Of a stretch of DNA of 45,972 nt, positions 38,595-45,972 are shown piece after piece. The position numbers were made by a program, and so were the translations under genes. Below the pieces are notes generated by a model. It made no database searches and was not told where the DNA came from. It saw only the letters and a program-made list of their open reading frames with translations. The stretch comes from Gammaproteobacteria bacterium. GTDB taxonomy: Bacteria > Pseudomonadota > Gammaproteobacteria > GCA-001735895. The first letter of the stretch is position 1. Each line of letters begins with the position of its first letter. The stretch is taken from contig JAIBDO010000003.1 of assembly GCA_024686195.1 (NCBI GenBank), positions 1 through 45,972 of the forward strand, given 5' to 3'.

Positions 38595-38771
38595 GGGACA
38601 GACGCTCTGTAAATGGGACAGCGCGCAAAATGAAAAATGATGGGACAGACACTCTGCAATTGGCTTTTCGGGTATAGAAAACCGTTCCTTAAGGTCCTTT
38701 ACCTTTCTTCCAGGTGGGAAGGGTGATGACCCACTCGAATTGTTGAATTCGGCGGTTAGGGTGTGTGTCCC
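38595..38771. repeat. GGGACAGAC-type direct and inverted repeats (REP/tyrosine-transposase end-like remnant)
   Basis: GGGACAGACGCTCTG at 38595, GGGACAG at 38615, GGGACAGACACTCTG at 38642, and inverted AGGGTGTGTGTCCC at 38758-38771. Confidence 0.6.
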
Positions 38772-38837
38772 TCGATATCTTGCCCATATCTTGATGAATT
38801 CGATAATTCAAGTCTGCGTATCGGGATTCTATAAAGC

Positions 38838-39153
38838 TTTATATAACAAGGTTAACTACCGATAAAAATTTATATAAACGGCTCTTTGAAATTCATCTGT
38901 TTATGTGCTTTAGCTATTAACGTGGCATATAGATTGTTTATAAGGCAATATAGGCTTATATAAACCGGTTTGAGTGCGTGAGTCGATCCACGGTTGTGAA
39001 AAATTGCACGTTATATAGAGCGCTTATATCAATAAATTGTTTTATATAAATGGAATTTAAGATGTGAGTCGACTAATGTGCATAAGAATTGCGTACCCGT
39101 TCAACCTTTTTCGTTTATATAGATTGATAAGTATTGATTATCGTACTATATAG
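38838..39153. promoter_or_regulatory. AT-rich hipBA upstream region with four TATATA-N25-TATATA units
   Basis: Core pairs at 38840/38871, 38926 (CATATA)/38957, 39012/39043 and 39116/39147. Confidence 0.7.
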
Positions 39154-39176
39154 CTGTTTTAAACGTGATTCGCACT

Positions 39177-39527
39177 ATGCCGAGAAGCTCACTCTCCTAT
39201 GACTTGATCAGCGATGCAGCCCTGGGTTCGTTGGCCGGTCTGGGCGCGCGCCTGAAAGAAGCCCGCTTGCTCAGAAACTGGACCCAGGCGGACGCCGCGA
39301 GCAAAGCCGGGCTGTCCGAGAGCTCAATCAGAAAAGTCGAGGGCGGTTCACCGCACATTACGGTCGGCGCCTACGCTGCGCTGCTCGACGTGTTCGGACT
39401 GCCGACAGCGTTCGATCGGGTCATCGCCCGGGGTGATGATACTCTGGGTGAGGCGCTCGGCCGGGACGCCGTGCGCAAGCGTGCGCGCGCACCGGGTGCG
39501 ACGGCTGCCGACGAGTTTGACATCTGA
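39177..39527 (+). CDS. hipB: XRE/HTH_3 antitoxin, HipB-like
   Basis: LGARLKEARLLRNWTQADAASKAGLSESSIRKVEGG HTH. TGATG overlap with the hipA start. Confidence 0.8.
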   Translation: MPRSSLSYDLISDAALGSLAGLGARLKEARLLRNWTQADAASKAGLSESSIRKVEGGSPHITVGAYAALLDVFGLPTAFDRVIARGDDTLGEALGRDAVRKRARAPGATAADEFDI

Positions 39528-40774
39528 TGCCGGAGAAGCTCTATATCCACGTGGACCTTGGCGAAGGCAAGACCATGCTTGCCGGTCAATTGATTGTCGA
39601 CGACAGGCTCGGCCGTTTCAAATATGCGAAGGCCTATATCAACCATCCCCAGGCATTTGCCCTGGACCCGATCAACCTGCCCCTGACCGCTGACATCCAC
39701 GTCAAACAGCGTACCCGCGACACACCCGCGATGTTCGGCGTTTTGATCGACGCGGGGCCCGACGAGTGGGGCAGGCGCTGTCTCACCAAAACCCGCCAGC
39801 CGCCGCCGGTCACCCAGGTCGAATTCCTGCTCGCCGCCTCGGGCGAAGGCGTGGGCGCATTGCACTTCACCGCGAATCTCGGCGACCCGGTGCGGCCGCC
39901 GCCTGAGCGACCGTTCGCTAACCTGATACATTTGCAGCATATTGCCGGTGATATCGAGGCCGGTAAGGAAGTGGACCGTGCACTGGAACCTTATTTCTTT
40001 CACGGCAGCGGTCTCGGTGGTGCACGGCCCAAGTCACTGATCGAACACGACGGTCGCGAATGGATCGCGAAATTCAACCGCCCCTCGGATCTGGTCGACA
40101 TGTGCCGGGTCGAGCTCGCATCGATGCGCATGGCGCGCGAAGCCGGCATCGAGGCGCCGGATGTGGCCCTCACGGAAACCGATCGTGGGCCGGTGCTATT
40201 GGTAGAACGCTTCGACCAGGGCCCCGACGAACAGCATCATCTGGTCTCGGTAGCGAGTCTCATCAATAAATTTGACATCACCGAGATCGACGAATCGACG
40301 ATGTCTTATCCGGGCATTACCCAGCTCGGCAAGCGCATTGGGCATCTAACCAGCGACCTCGGCGAGGTCGTGTTTCGGCGCATGCTATTCAACATTGCGA
40401 TCGGCAACACCGATGACCATCTGCGCAATCACGCCTTCATGAAACGATCGACTGCTTCAGACTACTCGCTGTCTCCCGCCTACGATATCGTGCCCCAGAT
40501 CAGCCTGCAGGGGTCCCATGCCATCGCGATCGGTCCCTTCGGCAGCAGTCCAACCGTCGATAATATCCAGGCGGCCCTAAAGCGTATGGGTGTGGCCGAT
40601 GACCTCGGCCATGAAATCGCCGACGCGGTGCTCGAGGTGACGGCACCCTGGCGCGACTACATGACCGATGCGGGCATCGGAGCATCCGATCTGGCCGTGC
40701 TCGAACGCTGCTTTGCATTGCGTGATGTCGTCGAGCGTTGGCACAACAGAGGTGCCAGGTCCACAGGCGTTTAG
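39527..40774 (+). CDS. hipA: Type II toxin-antitoxin HipA family kinase
   Basis: DAGPDEWG, GSGLGGARPK, LLVERFD, GNTDDHLRNH and LSPAYDI motifs. Confidence 0.93.
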   Translation: MPEKLYIHVDLGEGKTMLAGQLIVDDRLGRFKYAKAYINHPQAFALDPINLPLTADIHVKQRTRDTPAMFGVLIDAGPDEWGRRCLTKTRQPPPVTQVEFLLAASGEGVGALHFTANLGDPVRPPPERPFANLIHLQHIAGDIEAGKEVDRALEPYFFHGSGLGGARPKSLIEHDGREWIAKFNRPSDLVDMCRVELASMRMAREAGIEAPDVALTETDRGPVLLVERFDQGPDEQHHLVSVASLINKFDITEIDESTMSYPGITQLGKRIGHLTSDLGEVVFRRMLFNIAIGNTDDHLRNHAFMKRSTASDYSLSPAYDIVPQISLQGSHAIAIGPFGSSPTVDNIQAALKRMGVADDLGHEIADAVLEVTAPWRDYMTDAGIGASDLAVLERCFALRDVVERWHNRGARSTGV

Positions 40775-41275
40775 CAGACTTCTCCCGAGACTGTGGAATG
40801 GAGAGTTTGTGCAGGAAGAGGGCATACAATCAAACCGACGAAAACTCAGATGCCAGCGACTGCAAGTAGGGGATTTTGGTATTTACACACTTGATCCATT
40901 CGATGTTAGAACCCGTACTGATCACGGCTTCAGGAACAGGGTGGTTTACATCAGCAAATGTTGCTCCAGGGATTCCACCCTGGACCGGAAAACAATCTGG
41001 CAATGCAAAATTTTTGCTGGAAGGGATTGGCTGAATGCCGCTTCGCTAGTGAGGATGATATACCCGGGAGCGTGAAGACCCGACAGGATTTACGTGGTAC
41101 TCCGTGGTGAAACCTGACGGGTAATGTACAAAGTGCGACATGTGATAATATCGGCTGACTTTGGTTCCGTTTGGACTATCAATGGAAAAGAATAGTCTAT
41201 CCAGGCAGTTTGCTTTACCGAACGATCGCCGATCGAGATCGTTCGAAGATTCCCGCCAATGCAGGTCGACTTCAC

Positions 41276-44083
41276 ATGACGGAAAAATTTAACCTCGCGG
41301 AGCAAGAAGAGGGCCGCCTGAAGCGGGCAGCGTTTGTGACGTTGTTCTGTCTGCTGGCTGGGCATGCGCTTCTCGAGACGGCACGAGATGCGCTGTTTCT
41401 GACACACGTCCCCGCAGAGCAGCTACCCTGGATGTATCTGTCGATCGCCGCAGTAGTCGTGTTGTTCGCGCTGTTTCGGTCACGTTCGTATGGCGCTGCC
41501 GATCATCGCCGGGAGTTGATGGCTCTGCAGATACTTGCCGCCATCGGCACCCTTGGATTCTGGATCCTGTTGCCCGGCGAGGCACGATGGCTCTACTACG
41601 CACTTTATATCTGGTCTGGAGTGATCGGCGGGCTATTGGTCGTAACCTTCTGGTTGGTGCTCGGGGATCTCTTCACGATTACCCAGGGTAAGCGAATCTA
41701 TGCTGCAGTCGGAACCGGGGGAGCGGTCGGGGCGATCGGAGGTTTCGGCCTCGCCTCTGGACTGACTGCGATCCTTCCGCCGGAGTTTTTACTCCCCGTG
41801 AGCGCCCTCGCGTTTGGTTTGAGCGTCCTGGGGCCGTGGAAGTTGCGGCGCACGAGCGATCCCGAGCTGCTGGCTGAGCCAGAGCCAGGTTCGTCTCTTT
41901 CGAGGGAACGTGATCTTGCGAATGTAGGTTCCAGCCTGATCTCAATCCTCGGCCATCCCTATGCCTGTCGTATTGCCCTGTTGGTGGTCGTGTCCTCGAT
42001 GACCCTTACCATGGGCGATTACCTGTTCAAGAGTGTTCTTGCGCAAACCGTACCCGCGGAATCCCTGCCGGGGTGGCTCGCTCGTATCTACTTCGCTTTC
42101 AATGCCGCTTCCCTGCTGATCTTGATGTTTGGCGTGACGCGCGTGATTCATCGATTGACCGTTCATCGTACCCTGGCGATACTTCCTGTTTGCATCATTG
42201 CGGCAGCACTCGGAATCCTGGCCGGGGGCGTCCTGCTGCCGGTGCTGCTTCTCAAGTCTGCGGATGGATCGCTGCGCTACTCTCTGCACAAGACTGCAGT
42301 TGAGTTGTTGTACCTGCCGATGCCCGCTGAGATGAGAGCAAAGGTCAAGCGTGCGATCGACATCGTCGGGCAACGAAGTGCAAACGCCCTCGGCGCGCTC
42401 GTCATCCTGTTCGCACTGACCATGGGCGCGCCGACGCTGATCATCGCCGGGTCGATTTTCATCCTCGCCGCCATCTGGATCTATCTTGCGCTGGATTTGC
42501 GCGGGGCTTATCTCGACGTATTTCGAGAAGCACTCGCCGAGAAGACGATCGCAACCCGAGTCGCTGTTCCGGAGCTCGATCTGGCTTCACTCGAGACACT
42601 GATTCGAACGCTGAACCATTCCGATGATGGACATGTATTGGGCGCTCTCGAAATGCTCGATGCGCAGGGGAAAGTGGATCTGATTCCGAGCCTCATTCTT
42701 TATCACCCTTCGTCGGCCGTTGTGATTCGGGCGCTCGATCTGTTCGCCAAATCGGGGCGACGAGACTTTACGACCTTTGCCGACCGTCTCCTGGAGAATG
42801 ACGATCCTGACGTTCGTGCGGCAGTCGTGCGAGCAATCTGGGCAGTCAAACCCGACCGCCAGCAGCTCGAAGCTCTGCTCGAGGCTGCATGCTCCTGCGT
42901 ACACATTAGCGCGGTGATTGGCCTCTGGGTCAATCAATGGATGGATCCCGATCTCGCCCAGAAGGAGATCGAGCAAACGCTTCGATATCCTGCTCATAAT
43001 TGCCGGCTCGCTCTGGCCAATGCCATCAAGTTGCGGCATCTCCCCGCGTTTCGCAGAACGCTCGAGATACTCGTTCGAGATTCCAGTCCTGAGGTTCGAC
43101 GCGAAGCACTCAGCGCTATTCGAGTAAGCGCTGATGACTACTATATCCCGCTGCTCGTGCAATTATTAGACGATCGGGAAATACGCGACCAGGTTCGCAC
43201 GGCCCTCAACGAGCGGGGTGATGCCGCCCTCATCGAGCTGTCGAAGGTGCTGGCTGGGAAAAATACCGCGCCGGGCCTGCTGCGTCATGTTCCTCGTGCA
43301 ATTTCCCGGTTTCAAAGCGTCGACGCGGCAAACATCCTGCTCCAGCAACTGATTGCTGATCAAGGGGGCGATGTTGAATCTCGGGGTGAATCTCGGGATC
43401 GACACTCCGGAATGGTTCGATACAAAATATTACGCGCACTTGGGCCACTGTTGTCGGGTCCGGTTGGAGGTCAAGTCGACAAGACCCCGTTGTTGTTGGC
43501 CGTCACGCGCACGATTCGACGTGTGATTCTGAATCTGCACTGGCAAACATGGCTCGAACAGGGAAGGGAGTCGGAACCAGCGCGACAGACCTGCGGTAGC
43601 GAACTGCTGTTACAACTGCTCAAGGACAAGGAAAGGCTCGCGCTACAACGAATTTTCAGGATGTTATTCCTGATTCAGCCCGAGGAAAACTTTCGCGACA
43701 TCTGGATGGGGTTGCAAAGTACGAGTCGGCGCGATCGCGCGAGTAGTATCGAACTGCTCGACAATATTTTAGGTTCGGAGCAACGACTCACCGTCGGTGC
43801 ACTGGTAGGTTCGGGCTCTGTTGGCGAGCGCCTGAGGAAAAGTGGAAGCAACCTGGCTGATGTCAGGCTGGAGTACTCTGAACTCCTCGCTCAGATCGAG
43901 GGTGAACAGAGCCTGGTACTTAGTGGTCTTGCGATGTATCACGCTGGGGAGATCGAAGTTGCTCTGTCGGGAGCAGATGTTTTGTTGATGCGTGAGCAAG
44001 CCCTGGCAATGATCGAGGAGATGCCAGAGATTCGGCCTGGTAAATTCTCGGTGTCGTCCGACCTGGAAACTCAGGGTGCCTGA
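41276..44083 (+). CDS. Npt1/Npt2 (TLC/NTT, MFS-like) transporter fused to HEAT repeats
   Basis: LETARDALFL, FW...DLF..TQGKRIY, DYLFK and LRYSLHKTAVELLYLP motifs in about 12 TM segments, then HEAT-like repeats (DPDVRAAVVRAI, SPEVRREALSAI). Confidence 0.85.
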   Translation: MTEKFNLAEQEEGRLKRAAFVTLFCLLAGHALLETARDALFLTHVPAEQLPWMYLSIAAVVVLFALFRSRSYGAADHRRELMALQILAAIGTLGFWILLPGEARWLYYALYIWSGVIGGLLVVTFWLVLGDLFTITQGKRIYAAVGTGGAVGAIGGFGLASGLTAILPPEFLLPVSALAFGLSVLGPWKLRRTSDPELLAEPEPGSSLSRERDLANVGSSLISILGHPYACRIALLVVVSSMTLTMGDYLFKSVLAQTVPAESLPGWLARIYFAFNAASLLILMFGVTRVIHRLTVHRTLAILPVCIIAAALGILAGGVLLPVLLLKSADGSLRYSLHKTAVELLYLPMPAEMRAKVKRAIDIVGQRSANALGALVILFALTMGAPTLIIAGSIFILAAIWIYLALDLRGAYLDVFREALAEKTIATRVAVPELDLASLETLIRTLNHSDDGHVLGALEMLDAQGKVDLIPSLILYHPSSAVVIRALDLFAKSGRRDFTTFADRLLENDDPDVRAAVVRAIWAVKPDRQQLEALLEAACSCVHISAVIGLWVNQWMDPDLAQKEIEQTLRYPAHNCRLALANAIKLRHLPAFRRTLEILVRDSSPEVRREALSAIRVSADDYYIPLLVQLLDDREIRDQVRTALNERGDAALIELSKVLAGKNTAPGLLRHVPRAISRFQSVDAANILLQQLIADQGGDVESRGESRDRHSGMVRYKILRALGPLLSGPVGGQVDKTPLLLAVTRTIRRVILNLHWQTWLEQGRESEPARQTCGSELLLQLLKDKERLALQRIFRMLFLIQPEENFRDIWMGLQSTSRRDRASSIELLDNILGSEQRLTVGALVGSGSVGERLRKSGSNLADVRLEYSELLAQIEGEQSLVLSGLAMYHAGEIEVALSGADVLLMREQALAMIEEMPEIRPGKFSVSSDLETQGA

Positions 44084-45017
44084 GCTACCGTTCCTTTCAC
44101 CTCTGGACCGGCTGCTGTTCCTCAGGAATAGCCCGGATTTCAGCATGCTCGACCCTCCCGTTCTCATTGCAATCGCGAGCCACACTGATGAACTGAGTTA
44201 CCGCGCAGGCGAGGTGATTTACGCTGAGTCCAATTCGAATCGATATCTTCACTTTGTCGTCGAAGGCACCGTGCGTGCGACCCTGGCTGGCAAGACTCAA
44301 TTCGATATCACTTCGCCTGGTGCTGTGGGGCTGATGCGAGTACTCGCGAGAAGTCCTGAACCAGGCGCCGCGATCGCGCTGACCGACGTTGTTACGCTGC
44401 GCATCGAGATCGACAACTTCCTGCAGGTCATGGAAGATCATTTTCATCTGGTGCTCGGTCTCATCAGGAACTTTACGTCCCTGGTTGCGGACGTTGAAGC
44501 GCGGCTCGAGATCGCACCTGGTAGAGAAGTTTGCATCGAATGTATCGAGCCTGACACCAACAGCTCACTTGATCTGGTGCAGCGGCTATCGCGGGCACGC
44601 CAGTCCACTCTGTTCAAGACGGCCAATTTGACGATGTTGAGCGAACTCTTGCACGGGGTGTCCGAGAGTCATGTTGAGCCAGGAGAGTGGCTGTTCCGTG
44701 CAGGGCAGCGGCCAGATACGCTTCATCTGGTTTTTGAGGGGGTGGTGCGAATCGAGAATCCCTCGGGCAGCCGGGTCGCATACGCGGGCCAGGGTGATCT
44801 GGTCGCATTGTCCGAATACTGTTGTGACGCGCCGCATTCTTATGGTGCAGTAACTGAAACGGCAGTTCAGCTATTGAGGATCGACAGGGCGCATTACCTT
44901 GATTTGTTGGAGGACCACTTCGATCATGCCCTGGACCTGCTTTCTGTTCTCGCGCAGCGTTACCTGGAATTGAGGGAGCGCGAGCACGCGAGCAGTCAGT
45001 CCGAGCAACCCGAGTAA
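44076..45017 (+). CDS. Tandem cyclic-nucleotide-binding domain protein without an evident HTH
   Basis: Two cNMP-like barrels (YRAGEVIY...LHFVVEGTV and EPGEWLFRAG...LHLVFEGVV). The GTG start overlaps the upstream stop. Confidence 0.85.
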   Translation: MPELPFLSPLDRLLFLRNSPDFSMLDPPVLIAIASHTDELSYRAGEVIYAESNSNRYLHFVVEGTVRATLAGKTQFDITSPGAVGLMRVLARSPEPGAAIALTDVVTLRIEIDNFLQVMEDHFHLVLGLIRNFTSLVADVEARLEIAPGREVCIECIEPDTNSSLDLVQRLSRARQSTLFKTANLTMLSELLHGVSESHVEPGEWLFRAGQRPDTLHLVFEGVVRIENPSGSRVAYAGQGDLVALSEYCCDAPHSYGAVTETAVQLLRIDRAHYLDLLEDHFDHALDLLSVLAQRYLELREREHASSQSEQPE

Positions 45018-45048
45018 ATGAGAACGAGAATGACAGGAAAGTCATCGT

Positions 45049-45972
45049 CTATGCTGCATCGCTCGCCGAACGCGCTTTCGCCGATGCCAACTCAGGATTC
45101 AACCCTGGCAGTGCACTGGCGTCGAACTGTCGTTGTTTCCGAGCCTGTCGCCAGTTCCGGCGTGCGGATGATAAGACATTGAGCAACTTTTCAGGATCTG
45201 GCAGTTGTTCTCCCACAGCCACGCTATGCAAGAGTTGATCGACTACTTCCTTTGAACGGGAATCGCCATAGCGGCTTATAAATACATCCAGCTGTGCTGG
45301 ATCACGCGCATCATTAATCCGATCAAGCCAACGCATGATGTTTCGCAGCGCTGCTGCAGGTTTTTCAGAGCGGATCGATTTCACCACCAGCTGGAAATAC
45401 GCTTTCTCTGATTCCCTCCTGCTTTTCCAGCGCATATCCCAGCGCTTTAGCAACGCTTTACGAAAAAAGTAGAGAGCATAAACGAGCAATAGAAAGATGA
45501 TGAGCAACGGTACAAGGTAACGATATTCCAGTTGCTTCAACGGCAAGGTCCTGGCACCCGACACGCCCCCGGCACCTGCCACCACGTGAATAAGTCGTCC
45601 TGGCAATAGCACCTGCTCAAGCTCGTTACTGGCAAGATTCCACCAGCTAAACTCGATATCCGGAATCTGCACTTCGCCTGCCTGCTCGAAGACATAAGTC
45701 ACGACTTCGATGCGCGATCCGCTCAGGCTTCCCCGAGCACTGGTGTCCTCTACTGCAGGCTGTGCCGGATAGCTACCGACGCCCGCAATGTCTTCATGCG
45801 CCAATGGCGTGAAGGCCATGCCGGAGACATCGACGGCCTGCAAGCTGATCGTACGTTCAAGAGCATCGCCAACTTCCAGAGTTTCATCTGACGACTGCCA
45901 GTTTTGCTCCGCGGTTAACTGGGTAGTGCTCACCAGGCCCCGAATATTCTCCGCGCCAGCCGGGATACTTGA
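45049..45972 (-). CDS. BatD family protein, 5'-truncated by the window edge
   Basis: VGDALERTI, SYPAQP, GSRIE..TYVFEQAG..IPDIEFSWWN, a TM segment and LPGLNP. The frame is open to the window end. Confidence 0.8.
   Translation of the reverse strand, partial: SSIPAGAENIRGLVSTTQLTAEQNWQSSDETLEVGDALERTISLQAVDVSGMAFTPLAHEDIAGVGSYPAQPAVEDTSARGSLSGSRIEVVTYVFEQAGEVQIPDIEFSWWNLASNELEQVLLPGRLIHVVAGAGGVSGARTLPLKQLEYRYLVPLLIIFLLLVYALYFFRKALLKRWDMRWKSRRESEKAYFQLVVKSIRSEKPAAALRNIMRWLDRINDARDPAQLDVFISRYGDSRSKEVVDQLLHSVAVGEQLPDPEKLLNVLSSARRNWRQARKQRQFDASALPGLNPELASAKARSASDAA

Noticed and set aside
38560-39160. Possible CRISPR array
   Set aside because: The repeats are short and degenerate, not identical 23-47-nt units with unique spacers, and no cas genes are present.
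40775-41270. Possible small gene or transposase remnant between hipA and the NTT-HEAT gene
   Set aside because: The ORFs lack recognisable motifs or a clear RBS, so nothing can be supported.

Overview
Bacterial chromosomal window of moderate GC. Gene content suggests an environmental, probably marine, Gammaproteobacterium (inference). About 35 CDS can be supported. The left two thirds are dominated by small-molecule catabolism: TauD and other 2OG-Fe(II) oxygenases, a BisC/TorZ-type molybdoenzyme, a DoeA-like M24 hydrolase, GcvT/GFA/Fe-ADH, a Rieske oxygenase, an FMO-like enzyme, three DMT transporters and a stand-alone MerB-like gene. These are followed by dbpA, envelope genes (a lipoprotein, two MipA/OmpV proteins, an lpxC copy divergent from an AraC regulator), a hipBA toxin-antitoxin pair, an NTT/TLC-HEAT transporter with a tandem cNMP-domain partner, and a partial BatD gene. 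I saw no rRNA, tRNA, CRISPR array or intact transposase. The most notable structure is non-coding: (i) three dispersed MITE-like elements with related ~22-bp terminal inverted repeats but different hairpin cargo, (ii) four TATATA-N25-TATATA units with 86/86/104-bp spacing upstream of hipBA, (iii) a multi-hairpin riboswitch-like leader before a BesD/HalD-like oxygenase, and (iv) two envelope genes that appear to start at ATA and ATT. All calls are by eye, without database searches, so novelty is unverified.
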